Assembly: GCF_009914755.1 (NCBI RefSeq)
Contig: NC_060929.1
Length of the DNA: 64,000 nucleotides
DNA from: the human T2T-CHM13v2.0 reference genome, Homo sapiens
Strand: one strand, 5' to 3'
In this document: one piece after another, positions 12,860 through 26,319 of the stretch
Layout of the letters: the number at the start of each line of letters is the position of its first letter
How positions within the stretch are numbered: the first letter of the stretch is position 1
Position numbers and translations under genes: made by a program
The notes under the pieces: model-generated
Seen by the model: the letters and a program-made list of their open reading frames with translations, nothing else
Databases searched by the model: none
Told to the model about the DNA's origin: nothing

Positions 12860-14240
12860 AGTCTAAGTCTCTGACATGTAACAACTGTAAATTCCAGATG
12901 AAAACAAAAACAAGAAAACCAACTCCTTGAAGACACAGAACAGGTGGATTCTGGAAGTTGACACTGAGAGAAGAAAACAGCACTGGGTGGAGTTCCTATT
13001 TTCATGGCTTCCAGCATGAGGGCCGAATCCCAAGATGTGGAGAGCCAGAAATGGGAAGCTCTAAATTCCCTGTACAAACTCTTCCCAAATCTCTGGCTGA
13101 CCACCGAACCACACATGTGAGGGCAAGCTTCCAAGCAGTCTCAATAAGAATAAGACAACCACAATGAGGTTGGAGCTGCTGCCCAAGAGGCAGCAGTCAC
13201 AGTTTTTGTCTAGTTAAGTTAATTGCCTGTTGTAACAAAAGAAATCAACTCTATTCAAAGAAATATGCAATATCCAGAGGTTCCACAACACATCAGTCAT
13301 CATCTTTAGGATATGATCCAAAAGTTTTCAGCATACAGAAAATGTCACCTATTCTCAAGAGAAAAAGACAACCCTGAGAGGCCAACCACAGGATGGCCAA
13401 GATGATGGAATTATCAGAAAAGGACGGTAAAGCAGCTATTGTAACTGTGCTCAATGGCATAAAGAAAAATGTGTTTTTCATAAATTTAAGATAGGAAATG
13501 TCAACACACAACCAGAAATTATTAAAAAGAACCAAATGGAAATTTTACAATGGAAAAATAAAATGTCTGAAAAAAATTTAGGGACAGGGTTAACAAAACA
13601 GAGGTAATAGAGCAGAGTCAGTGAACTTGAAGACAGAGCAATAGAAATTTTCTAATCTTAAAGAAAAGAGAGAAAACAGATTGGAAAACAATGAACAGGG
13701 ACATATGGGACAATATCAAAAGGCCAAACACACAGGTAACTGGAGTTCTAGAGGACAAGAAAAAGAAAATGGAACAGAAAAAATTTTTGAAAAATTAAAA
13801 GCCAAAATTTTTACAAATTCAGTGAAAGACATAAATTCACAAGTTCAAGAACCTTAATGATCCCCAAGCAGACTTAATACAAATAGCACCACAGCTAAAC
13901 ATCATAAACTGCTAAAAACCAAAGACAAAGAAAAAAATCTTGAAAAAGCATTACAGACAGGGAAACAAAGATTCAAATGATAATTAACTTCCCATCACAA
14001 ACAAGTCAGAAAATAGGAGAACAACATATTCAAAGTTCTGAAAAAAAAACTGTAAACACAGAATTCTAGGTTCAGTGAAAATATCCTTCAAGAATGAAGA
14101 TTAAATAAAGACATTTTCAGATCAGAGGAACAGAGAATTTATCATAGTAGACCTGTACTGTAAGAAATGGTAAAGAAAGTTCTTTAGCCTAATGAAAACT
14201 TCGATCTTTAGGAAGGAATGAAGAACATCAGAAATGGTTT
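12860..14240 (+). mobile_element. Old L1M (L1MC/MD/ME type) 5'UTR-ORF1 relic
   Basis: A-rich ORF1 motifs: cagtgaacttgaagacagagcaatagaa, ggagttctagaggacaaga, agttcaagaaccttaatgatccccaagcag, aaatatccttcaagaatgaag, agacctgtactgtaagaaatg. Confidence 0.8.
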
Positions 14241-17200
14241 GGAGTTGTTTGTGATAAAATGATGGACAAAAAATAAGTAAAATCTATGTCCCTGAAACTT
14301 TACAAATCTCAATATTCTAGTCTAAAAGTCAGAATAATAAGGCTATGAGAATTAAAAGATAAATGAACACATTTTGTTAAAAAGTTAATTATTATTAAAA
14401 ATGTATAATATGCTTATACACATGCCCAGAACCAGGGAAAAGTCACAAGACTTTAGTGTACAGCTTGGCATTTATGCAACCAGCATTTATTGAATGGCCA
14501 GAATTTGCAACATAATATGCTATGTATGTCAGATGTTCTGCTTTTAAAAAAAGTGGTTTTAATTTCCAAACTAATTTGATAAAAATTCTTGCCAAACAAG
14601 AATTTTAGGGGAGTTAGGAACAAAATATAAAATAGCCAAAAATGTTGAATAATCTGCACCTTTATTCTAAAAGCCATCTCCAAAACACCCAGTTTTAGAT
14701 AATGAATCTATGTTTCTATATTACCTTCCTTAAGGTTTCACTTAATTTTTCCTTGCAAAACAATGCAAACAATGTTAAGTCATCAAATTTCCATTTTGCC
14801 AACCTGGTTTCCCTTCAAGATACTCAAAGATTACATATCTCAGTATAACCTAAATTACACAGCTAGTAAGATCAAAGAAATCAAAGTGTTTTATTTTTGA
14901 CACCTAGAAATTTGCATCGACTGCAAACCCGTGCAAAGACAATCGCTACCCAATTACCCATCTTTGTGATATTACAAATAAAGAGAAGATTTATATCTAC
15001 ATAAACATAACGTATAGAAATATTATAAGCATAAAGTTCTGAGTATCTTCAGAAATGTTGATTCTGGGGAAAACTTCAAACTTCATGTTCCTTAACTAGT
15101 TCTAAAAATCCCTAACTTTTAGAGATTTCCCTTTTCCTTCTCATTCAGCATCACAAGCTATTTCTACTTTTACTTGACTCCATACCCTGACAGATTAGGG
15201 TCAGAAATTGCACATATTCCATAAGAGATTTCTCTATCACACATCACTGCGATGTCACTTAAAGAAAAAATCATAAATGAATGTCAAATATCAGAGTTTT
15301 ATCCTAAAGTCCTCTTTTGCTTCCCCATGTTTCTGTTCTTCATTCTGTTTCTGCACTTTCTTGCAAACCACCTTCTGAGACAGAAGCAAATTTTTGCCTC
15401 AAATTTGCAGAGATATCTTCCTGTCCTAATTGAAAGAGGAATTGGGGACCAATTTGGTGTGTGTGGTGATCTAGCTAACCAGCTATTATCTTTTCACTTG
15501 ACTCTGCTGTGGGGAATCATGCCTTTTTCAGTTGTAGGTGGAAGTTCATGTGTTACAAGAGGAAGGAAAAGGAGAACTCAGTATAAACACAGGTGCCCCT
15601 GTCAAGATTAGATTGTCATTCTGGCTTATTCATATCCTTGGCAAGCAGAAAAAGGATATTTATGGCCCATGTGGTCGTTGAGTGAACTAATTTTGCAAAG
15701 CAGTGATTAGGACCCATTCAAGACAGGACAAACTATCTGTCTTAGGATTCTATTTTGCCTACAAATTCAGTGAAAATCTGACCCACCCAAATATTTTGTA
15801 CCTTTTATATAAATGAGTTTCATACAGTACTATTCTATGAATGCACTCTACTTTCCCAAGGCAACCCTTTTGGATTTCTTAACTTTAGAAAATTAAATCT
15901 TTCTATAATGTATTTCATCTTTGCATTTTAAAGAGCCAGCAAAGCTGACTGATCATCATCCAAGGGGCAGTCCACTTTGCTTGCTGTTACACTCAACTAG
16001 AAGTATATTTGTGGTGGTAATTGCCCAACGGATTGGGACTGAAAGGATGGATTGCAGTGGGAAGCCTGCTTAGCAAACATTGCAATTAGTGCCACCTAAG
16101 TGTTGGAGGGTGAGCAAGGTAATAAACAAAAGAGTAAATTAATATGCATGTTCATTCCCCAAAGATAGCCAGATAGCTGGCTGCAACATCAGATGTTTCC
16201 TCTTTGCCTTTGCAGAGAGAATCACTCCTTTGTGCAGTGAGTGGTACAGTTGACATTTGCTGTGAGCATAGGCATCTGATAGTGGATGACAGGAGCCATG
16301 AAGCAGCCTAGCTGGGATGCCCTGAGGACTTTGAGCTCAAAGCCATGCCAGGTGTCCCCAGGGACCAGGAAGCACAAGGAACAGCAGTCATAAATTGGAT
16401 AAAGAGCAAATTTCACAAGCATAGTGCTGACCCTGTCACTACAGACTCACACTGCCCAGGGAAGAAAAGAGGGAATAGAAGAGTTGGAGAACTAGAAAAG
16501 TTCATTTTCTCTCTGCCTCAGAAGCTCAGAGTGTCCAAAGTTTTCCATTCTGTGTGGTCAGGCTGTGACTAAAGCCACATATGTAAAATCCTTGTTCCCA
16601 CTTCACTGTTAGAAAACAAACGGGCCCTTATTTCTCTCTAATGTAAGCAGCCATATCCACAGCTTTTGTCATATTCCAAAACCAAAAGGTGGTCACCTAA
16701 ACAAAGCCCTGGACACCTGGGATGGTCTCAGTGCTCAAGACTGGGCCCACTGGACACATATGCCACCAAAAAAGCCTTTCCAATGACCCCCTCACTTTTT
16801 CCTTCTGCTTATTTTGTCCTTCTGTCTTTCCAACTGCTCCATTTGTGTTTTACCAAAATTTTTCCAACTAACAAATAACTAAGCAGCCCAAAACAAAAAG
16901 TCCGGGCAACAGCACATGGTATCATAACAGAAGAGAGTGTCTCTATTGCTCTCTCCCCTCTCCCCAAGGATTAGAAGACAAATAAACAGCACACTGCCCT
17001 GCTGACCACCGAGGCTACCCACACCTCTATTCCACACCTTGTACTTGATGCCTTTCTGTGGGCATGGGAGGAATGCTCTCCTCATTCTGCAGAATTCATC
17101 AAGAGGCCTTCTTGGGCAATGGAGGCAAAACACATTGGAGCTTGAAAAACTAAAACACTGTGGGTGTTCTTGGTTGACTCAGTAAGCATGGACCTTTCCA

Positions 17201-17310
17201 GTTTTGAATAAATCTTGATTTTGTAAATCAAATTCCATCTTAAAACCCTAGAAGAGCTCAAAACTTAGAGTAACACTGTGGTATATTAATTTGCTAACCC
17301 CTGTTCTCTA

Positions 17311-17819
17311 AAGGAGTTCTTAACTGGAGTCCATGACTTCCAAGGCATGTGTAGATAGACTTTACAGAATACATTAATTTGGATGGGAAAAAACATTCAT
17401 CTTTATTTTCAATAATTACTCAAACTTTGTACTTTCTTTAATTATGACTGTAGGTACCAAACCATAGTATCAGCAGTCCTAGTCAATAATTGTACCACCA
17501 ATTGAGATCTTAGATATTTTCGTATTACATTACTGTTATTGCAGATATCTCAAAATATCACTTAAGCTCATCAACTTGGAGATTACAGTCATGATTAGAT
17601 GGCCACTAGACCTTGTTGTTTATTCCAGTACTAATGAAATACTTATATTATTATATCATAAATTTGTGTATTTTATCGATGACTTTATTTCAGTGTAATT
17701 GCTTTCTCCTGCAATCCTATTATTTTGATTTATGCACTAAAATATTATACTAGGGATTCTATAGGCTTCACCAGACTGTCAAACAGGGCCACAGCACAAC
17801 AAAAGGTTCAGAACCCCTG
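17311..17819 (+). mobile_element. MER113 (hAT-Charlie DNA transposon)
   Basis: Ends aaggagttcttaact / aggttcagaacccctg; internal gcagatatctcaaaatatc and ataggcttcaccagactg match MER113. Confidence 0.82.
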
Positions 17820-17959
17820 CTGTAAACTCAATGGACCACTCACTCTTTCCCCAAACACATTCTACACTTTAAGCCAAGGCAACTTCTACTTTCAGAATAT
17901 CTCATTGACTTCTTTCATTACCACAAATTAAAACCATATTACCTTACCTGCCCCTCAAC

Positions 17960-18430
17960 GTATAGACCAAATGCCACTTCCTTTAGAAAGCTTCCCCTGA
18001 TTCCCTTCAACTGGTCAGATGGCATTTTCAGTCTTTCTTTTCGCGTTATCACATTCTACCTTGTAACTATTTGTGTACACATTTTATTTGACTTGATTAA
18101 AATTTCCTGGTGGACAGGCACCTGGTGTTCTTCATTGCTGAGTGGCCAAAAACAGTAACCTTTGCACAGGTCTGCTGCCCTTGTGGCCCCGTTCTCTACA
18201 CTGCCCTCATTTCTCTACATTTCTACACCGCAGTCCTGTTCATGACACTCCCCTTTTATTTTACAGGATAAAATCAAATTCCTTGGTCTGGCATTCAAGG
18301 CCCTTCCCAATGCCACCTACAATTTAAGTCTTCACCTCTTCAATCTCTGAGCCCTATGTTCTAGTCATTCCTCAAATTCCCACACTGTTTCATACTTCCA
18401 CACTTTCATGTCGTATAATCTGTCTTCCCA
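17960..18430 (+). mobile_element. L2 fragments
   Basis: aaatgccacttcctttagaaagcttcccctga; acaggataaaatcaaattccttgg..tggcattcaaggccctt. Confidence 0.6.
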
Positions 18431-18699
18431 GAATATTCTATGTCCTTTTTCACGGAGAAGAGAAAATGACAGCCCCATTTCCAAAAGAGCATTTATTTTC
18501 ATGGGGTTCCTACTCAGATGCACACAGACAGACACTTTGCAAAGCTGGCTGCAGCAATAGCGCTCCATTACCTGAGTTTCATTACTGAAAAACTTGGTCA
18601 CAAAATTCCATTCTAAAGTGCCATATTTATGTTTTATCACTTTGTGACAGAGCTCCAAATGTTCCAGAACCATGAGACAGGTTGAAACTACTAGTACAT

Positions 18700-19360
18700 C
18701 CCTCTCACCTGTCACCATCTGAACTTCAAAGCCATTGCCAGACCCTCACCCTCTTTTGCTCTGGGCCTGCCGCATGACAGCCTAGCCTCCAAAGTTGACC
18801 AACCACCCAGTTATTTCCACTGATCCCTATAGAATTTCCTTAGCTAACAGATGGCTCCATTACCATGGAACCACATAGTGGAATGTTAACCCTAGATCCC
18901 TTACAGTCATCTCTGGGAGATACTGTGAAGGCAGATAGTAATGTAGGCATTCTCCCAGCTCACCACTGATCCTTCCTGCATTTGATGAAGCTCATGCCAT
19001 TCAGCTTGCCCACCTTCTACCTTTGCCTTATTTCAACCCCCATCTACCACCAGTGGATATTTAATGATGCCTGGTAAGGATGAAGGCAGCTGCTTCACAG
19101 ACTCCACCACAACTTGTGCCATCTTCTGGGATGACTTGAGTCCCCCATCTCCTGGTCTTACACTTCCTAAACCTTCTAGACTCCATTGGTCACTTGATCT
19201 GCACATCAGCAACTATTCACATGGTTCACACAGGACCTTATCTCCACCTCCTAAATCATTAAGCCTGAAGTCCCATTCTCTGAACATCACCATCCATCCT
19301 ACCAGTACTAACAGTTAGTCATTCCATCTAAATATTCTCTCCTACCTCATAGAATCCTCT
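18700..19360 (+). mobile_element. Highly degenerate L2 ORF2 region
   Basis: Pyrimidine-rich L2-like motifs (gccatcttctgggatgactt, cccattctctgaacatcac). Confidence 0.4.
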
Positions 19361-19957
19361 TGGCCCTTTATTTATTTACTTTCTTTGAATCTAGAAAACA
19401 AACAAAAACAACACACTTCTTTAAGATTCATTCTTCCCTCCAGAACATAATTTTGTGCTCCCATCCCTCTCCCTGAATCCCACATAAACCATAAGACTTC
19501 TTGACCACATAGACTTCTCACTCTACAAAGAGGACTAACACAGGGCTTTGAAAGGCAGGGCCCAGGGCAGGAGACCCAGTGCAAGGGTCTAGGGGTGATG
19601 TTGCCACTCTGCCTGGAGTAGAGGCATTGTACCCTTGCCTATGTTCCCAATAGATTGTCAGCTCCCTGCAGTGTAGGAGTTTTCTATCCCACTTCCCAGA
19701 AAATGAGAGAGAGGGTGCTCTTATTAGGCTTCTAACCACACAAAAGTACTGACTTCACCCAGGAGAGCTTGCTCATAAGAAATGCTGGATAAATAGTTGT
19801 TTTGTGAATGAATTAACAAAGACTCCTTTTATACTTGGAACAATTAAAAAATCTATCATTTGGGTTATTTATTATTAAGTCTTACATTGTTATTCAACCT
19901 TATGGTCCTTCATGTCTTGTCTCCCCTAAAAGATTTTAAGTTCTTAACAGGTTTTCT

Positions 19958-20626
19958 TTTTTTTTTAATTTTATTATTATTATACTTTAAGTTTTAGGGT
20001 ACATGTGCACAATGTGCAGCTTAGTTACATATGTATGCATGTGCCATGCTGGTGTGCTGCACCCATTAACTCTTCATTTAGCATTAGGTATATCTCCTAA
20101 TGCTATCCCTCCCCTCTCCCCCCACCCCACAACAGTCCCAAGAGTGTGATGTTCCCCTTCCTGTGTCCATGTGTTCTCATTGTTCAATTCCCACCTATGA
20201 GTGAGAACATGCGGTGTTGGGTTTTTTGTCCTTGCAATAGTTTACGGAGAATGATGATTTCCAATTTCATCCATGTCCCTACAAAGGACATGAACTCATC
20301 ACTTTTTATGGCTGCATAGTATTCCATGGTGTATATGTGCCACATTTTCTTTATCCAGTCTATCATTGTTGGACGTTTGGGTTGGTTCCAAGTCTTTGCT
20401 ATTCTGAATAGTGCCACAATAAACATACGTGTGCATGTGTCTTTATAGCAGCATGATTTATAGTCCTTTGGGTATATACCCAGTAATGGGATGGCTGGGT
20501 CAAATGGTATTTCTAGTTCTAGATCCCTGAGGAATCGCCACACTGACTTCCACAATGGTTGAACTAGTTTACAGTCCCACCAACAGTGTAAAAGTGTTCC
20601 TATTTCTCCACATCCTCTCCAGCACC
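19958..20626 (-). mobile_element. L1PA4-like LINE-1, 5'-truncated (~670 bp), 21-bp TSD
   Basis: L1PA 3'UTR (tatactttaagttttagggtacatgtgcac; gctaaatga..agttaatgg variant) and an open ORF2 C-terminus (20184-20555, WRFLRDLELEIPFDPAIPLLG...FSLIGGN*); TSD taagttcttaacaggttttct at 19937-19957 and 20627-20647. Confidence 0.96.
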
Positions 20627-21411
20627 TAAGTTCTTAACAGGTTTTCTATCTCCCATAAAAATCTCAGTGTCCTAAACAAAACCTGCACTCAATAAATATT
20701 TGTTGGATTTTTTATGAGTCCTTTTCATTAACATGTTGAGGTTTTTATTTTTCCCATCATCTCAGTAGTTATATTGTGAGTCATCATAGCCCAAAGGGTA
20801 ATAGGATTATAACAGAAAGCTTCTGAGAGTCATTTCAACTGGTTGTTAGTAATAATTTATTTTTAATTTTAAAAATAAACTGTAGCTGTAGCTATTTTAC
20901 TAGTAAAACACAATAGCTGCTGTTAATCATGCTCAGGCAATTGTAAACTAACAATTGAACCCGTGTTAATGAGTCAGAGAAAAAAGTGAAAGAAAAAAGG
21001 ATAGGTTTAGAAGACAGAATTTGAGAAATTGAATTTGTGTGGAACTGTTGCAAAAAAACTTGGCTGAAGAAAGAATTAATGATGATCCCTAGAGCCAGGA
21101 CTTTTCACAACTCTAGGAGCAATTTGGCAACTCCATCAAAATTAAAGCAGCCTCTGATTAATAAATGGGTCTTTTGAGACGATCATTTTAAGGAAGGAGG
21201 GAAACCTACATAAAGCTTCTTGAATATGACATCCTATGGCCACAGAAAAATGAACTCCTCAGGAGCATTCATTCCATTGATACTATCTTGCAAGTTTCCT
21301 TGAACTTTAATAAACCTAAGGAACCTGACCAGAATGAGTATTTTTGCCCAGAAGAATCAGGAACAATGTAGGCAGAAGAGTGAACAAACCCCTTCTGTTC
21401 ATTAATAAGAG

Positions 21412-21810
21412 TTTTTTTATAACAACTTTATTGTGACATAATTTACATACTATAAAATTCACCCTCTTAAAGTGCATTTCAATGGATTGTACTAGGTTCA
21501 CCAGGTTGTGCACATAATCTAATTCTAGAACACTTTGTTTCTGCAAAAGAAACTCCATACCCAATTGTAGTCACTCCCCAATCCTCCTATCCCCTCACCC
21601 CTAAGCAAACATTAATCTACTTTCTGTCTCTATGGATTTATCTGTTCTGGACATTTCAGATAAGTGGAATCACACAATATACGGTCTTTTATGACTGGAT
21701 ACTTTTAGCATAATGTTTTCAAGGTTCAACTATGCAGTAGCAAGTATCAGTGCTGCATTCCTTTTTATTGCCAAATAACATTTCATTGTAAGGATAGACC
21801 ACATTGAAAT
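21412..21810 (-). mobile_element. L1MB 3' end
   Basis: aactttattgtgacataatttacatactataaaattcacc...ctactttctgtctctatggattta..tgttctggacatttca. Confidence 0.85.
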
Positions 21811-21899
21811 TATGTTTAGAGAATAACAATTCTGTGTCTGTTGGTGCTTCTACCTAAACCCACCTTATAAGATCTCCAGTTTCTAGATACAAGGATACA

Positions 21900-22070
21900 T
21901 GATCGAATAAGTTCTATCAGTGTATGAACTTCACAGGTTACTTCTCCAAGCTTCAATTTCCTTACTTGTAAGGTAGAACTAATACTAGTACCACTTTGTA
22001 GAGTTATCAGGATTATTATAATTTATTAAAGACTGGTACAGTGATTTCCCATGGGAATAACTTAATAATC
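21900..22070 (+). mobile_element. MIR
   Basis: caggttactt...cttcaatttccttacttgtaa...taatactagtacc...gttatcaggatta. Confidence 0.55.
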
Positions 22071-22099
22071 ATTAGATGTCATGAGAACATAAAAATGTT

Positions 22100-22545
22100 A
22101 ACATCTTTCTTTTAAATTTGATTGGATTTTTAATTACAAAAGGAGATACATATTGATTATAGCCAATAAAAAACACAGAGATGAGTTTTTAGGTTCGTAA
22201 TCTTTCTCTCAGCTGTCTATCCATCCTCAGACATTGTCAGTGTAAAGTGTGGTGTGTATCTTTTCACACCACTCTCTGTGCTCATACAAACTCACAAAAT
22301 CAAAATGCACATGCAGAGAGGTTTTTCCCTTTTATTTTAATATACACTATACACATTACTTTGCAATTTACCTTTTTTAAAACTCAAAAACTTGATTATT
22401 TTTTCCAGGCCAATATGTGTCTATCTTTTTCTCTTTAAAAGCCATGCCATATTCTCAAAATATATTCAACTCATCTACTACTGATGCACATTCAAGTCAT
22501 TTTCACTTGCCATTATAAAAATTCTGTGATAAACATTCTTTTAAT
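22100..22545 (-). mobile_element. L1ME-type relic
   Basis: actttgcaatttacctttttta..., gatgcacattcaagt..tttc..ttgccattataaaaattctgtgataaacattctt. Confidence 0.5.
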
Positions 22546-22604
22546 GAGCAATCACAATCACAATTTTGATATCATCATTATATCCATATCTTTGCATTCT
22601 CAAG

Positions 22605-22862
22605 GCCAATCTAGGTCCATTCTCTACCTCATGAACACCAAGGATCAGGACTTCTATGAACCAAGGATGGAGAACCAAATTATCTATAATAAGGAATTTC
22701 AAACAGAAGGAATTTGAGGAAAAAGAAACTACTTCGGCCAATGAACAACTACAGAGACCTAGACCTGCACAGAAGATACTACAGGGCATTCTGAACAAGA
22801 GAAGAAGGACAACCGAGGAGAAGGCGGAAGAAAAGGTGATCAAACCAGAAGAGGCAGGACCA
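22605..22862 (+). other. Candidate exon (alternative acceptor at 22707)
   Basis: Acceptor ccatatctttgcattctcAAG, purine/GAAGAA-rich body with 3 CpGs, donor CCA|GTAAGC. Confidence 0.3.
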
Positions 22863-24729
22863 GTAAGCTTCCTAAGAAAACTCTGCTCCTCCCCCTGGGG
22901 AGAAAGTGAATTTTTGGCCCTCTACCCAACCTAGTTATTTTCCTTAGTATTAGAGATAGCATTGTCCTTTAGATTACTTCTTTCTGGAAATGATTTTCTA
23001 AATTTTAATTAAAACTAAACCCTTTACAATGAAGCCTTACTATTACATTCTAAATTAAACAAATAAAAACATATATCCAAATGTATTTAAAATGGGGCAA
23101 TGGAAGGATATGGTAAAGCTATGTGACAGGCTGAATGAATTTTAATGTCATCCTGGAACTTGACTGTATGTAGTGCTTTTGTCCGTTTCATGGGAGAACC
23201 TGCCGTTGGGCATATATGCTTATAAAGCCTCTTGATGAACTTCCTTCAGTGGGTTTTAGTCACTAACGTACTAAAATAAGATCTGAAAATGATTAAATTG
23301 CAAGGTATTTCAACCACGGTTTTCTCATGACACAGGCTCTGCTTTACCTTACAGCTGGTTCCAGTGTCCACGAATGAATTTTCTATGAACCTCACATATG
23401 TTACCCCCTTCCCAAAAGCCAAACCAATTTAGAGAGAACACAGGGAAAATGATCCTTTTCTTTATTTCTGGAAATACGTGCTATGCGGAAAAAGTTTCTA
23501 TCCAGAGGGAAAACTTCTGGATTTTACTGGCTCACTGAAATATAAACCATTTAGTGGCTTTTTTCTTTAAACCCAAGATTAAGCTTTCTTTCGTCTGTTT
23601 GCACATGTCAACCAAAAATAGCAGAGTATATATAAGAAAAACACTGTTTGTATAAAAATGAAAATTTATACCCCAAAAGCCATGATCTCCTTTTGCTGAA
23701 GTGTTGTTTCATGAATTTTTTTATTCAGGTGGTTTATTAGATTACTGTAATAACATGAAAGAGAATAGTGATTCCCTATCAACCCTGAAAATTCTCACAA
23801 AATTTGCAAGGGGATCACTAAAGATAAGTGACTGCTGACAGCTCAGGGCTAGCAATTGCACAGAAACCCAGCCAGGTAAATAAATATGTTCACTGAGATT
23901 TAATATTCTGTTACAGTATAGAAAAATTAATAACTCTTTTAATTGACAGATTCTTTATTTCCTTTTACCAAGGTATAGATGGCCCCCTAAATAACCTCTA
24001 GATGTATTAAATCTTGGCAGCATACAGCTATTTCCTCTGTGGTCTTCAAGGTCCTGACACCCTTCATCTTACACAAGGCAGCGTATTTAAATCTTTCAAG
24101 GGGCCTTTTATAACTGGGCCACCCTGTTTCTCTTCACAGGAGATACTGAAAGCCTATTTGTCAGGAGCAATAAAGGGACTTATCAAGGCCTGCTGTCAGG
24201 CCAAGAGGAGGCCCACCTGCTCAACTCCTAACTCAAGGATTATGTTTCTGTTTGTTGCGGTCTTTCCAACAATTTTGGAATCAACATTTCACACCTTATC
24301 CTTGATAATCTATTTCAGCCATAAGTAGGAAGCCATTTAGCATGAAGAAGTTGTTGATTTGATACAAATTCACATTTCACACATGATATCTAATAAAGCC
24401 CCTATCATTAACTCAATGCCATTGCATTATTCATACAAGTCAGGAGTTCAAGGCAGTGTGCCTTTACATTGATCTAGCTCTCTGGGCCCCTAAGACTTAA
24501 AGCAGTACACCCAGAAAAAAGTTGTTCTCTCTACCTCATCTCCTGCTCCCTCGATCCCTCCCAATCAGCCCTGCCTATTCGAGTTCCCTTCCTGACTTCA
24601 CTATTCTTCTTACATCCACACCTACAAACCTGATGTTTCTCTTACTGATTAAGATCTCCCAGAATGAATCCACACACAACCTACCCGAACCGGGTCATTT
24701 TTCCTAAAAAAAGACTCTGGAATACCTTT

Positions 24730-24815
24730 TTGCCATAAGTCATGAACTCTTTGATGGCAGGGACTGGATTTAATTTATCTAGGGCCTGGCACTAGTATAT
24801 AGTAAGTGCTTAATT
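24730..24815 (+). mobile_element. L2 3' end
   Basis: gatggcagggact...ctagggcctggcacta..atagtaagtgcttaat. Confidence 0.55.
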
Positions 24816-24849
24816 TGAAAAAATTGTTAACAGTAGCAGTAGTAATAAT

Positions 24850-25090
24850 AATGATAGATGGCAAACATTTCTTGAGCACTTATTTTGCACCAAGAACTCT
24901 GTTGACCTTCTTATTTGCATCGTCTCATTGAGTCTTCACAACTGTAGTGTAAGAGAAGCATAATTATCCCCACCTTACAGATAAATAAACAGGTTTGGAT
25001 AAGTACTTTGCTCAAGATCACACTTATAAGTGGGAGAAAAGAGGTTGAAATCCGGGTTCATCTGACCCCAGAGCCCAGACTCTTTAACCC
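24850..25090 (-). mobile_element. MIR/MIRb
   Basis: aacatttcttgagcactta...attatccccaccttacagataaataaac...tctgaccccagagccc. Confidence 0.8.
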
Positions 25091-26319
25091 AACCATTATT
25101 GCATTTTGATAAATGAATTTAATTATATGTCCAGCTACGTTAACCTTTAGATGCTGTTAACAGGGATCCTGCAGGCAGAAAGAAACAGTCAAGTCCTTAG
25201 AAACTTTTTGAGCTATTAAGATTTCTCTTTATCACTGATAATTTGTGGTACCAAAGAACTATGCTACCAGGAGACAATGTTGTCTATGAGATCAGCACTT
25301 ATCTATTTTGGGACCATGTGGGAGTGTACCAAACAGTGCACATGTAATTTTATACTTTGCTTTTCTTATGGTGGGCTCCAAATTAACCAATGCTTGACAA
25401 AGGAGAACTGAACAGGATCCAGGCAAGGAACACGAAGTTGCAACTCGGTTCTAATTCATCCAATAATCAGGACACCTTTCACGTGGTGTTTATTCTGCTC
25501 CCATTTACCTCTCTTGCATAATCACCATCATTTTAGTTTCCAGCGGTTCTGCTTGCTGAGCAGGTGATGAACAACTTCCAGGCACTAACTTCAACCTGCA
25601 AATGGTCCCATCATCACTTCTCCACACATAGTCTCTTATGTCCCCAGGTGTTATGCAAGTTCAGTTACTAAGCTTTCTGGTCTGTGAGCTGCTTGTCTTC
25701 CTGGAACTACATAAGCAGGAGGAGAGGACTATAAGCCATTAGCTTGCTTCTCAGATTTGGAGACCTGAGGCTTAACTGAGGTTTACTGGCAACTAGGTTT
25801 GTCTTTTTTCCAGATCCTTCCAGCTCTGGCCCCTGTTAAGTTCTTTGAGCACACCCGCTTCTTTTCCCGTTTCCCAATCCACTGAAATTTCATTTCTGGG
25901 ATGGAATCATAAATTACAAGGTGTAATCTAAAGGAAAACATTTATTTTGGAGTCTCATTAACAACTCAGAGGAGAGTAATAGTGTTTATTCCCAGCACGA
26001 TGGCGTAGACTCCTGCAGATGCAAAAAAAGGCCAAGCCCTCTTCCTAATCCTTACACACACACGCACACACTGGGTCAATATTCACAATAGTGAAAGTAC
26101 CACATATAGGCAGAAGTAAGAAACACTCCCACAGAGACAGTCTCTTAATATTCTGTTCAAACATCAAGTTTGAAGCTCCTTTTAATTAGTGATTTACTGG
26201 CAACCATACATCATTATTCACCCTACCTGCCAGTTTTTATATTGTCTCTCAGCCCCAAAATTCAGCCTTCTACACTCTGTGATTCTAAGGCCAAGGCTCT
26301 GCAAACCACATCTCTCCTT

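Noticed and set aside
20184-20555. 123-aa ORF with realistic protein sequence
   Set aside because: It is the C-terminus of L1 ORF2p in a 5'-truncated copy, with no promoter or true start codon.
25508-25594. Minus-strand exon candidate with an AG|GTAAAT donor
   Set aside because: The acceptor lacks a polypyrimidine tract.
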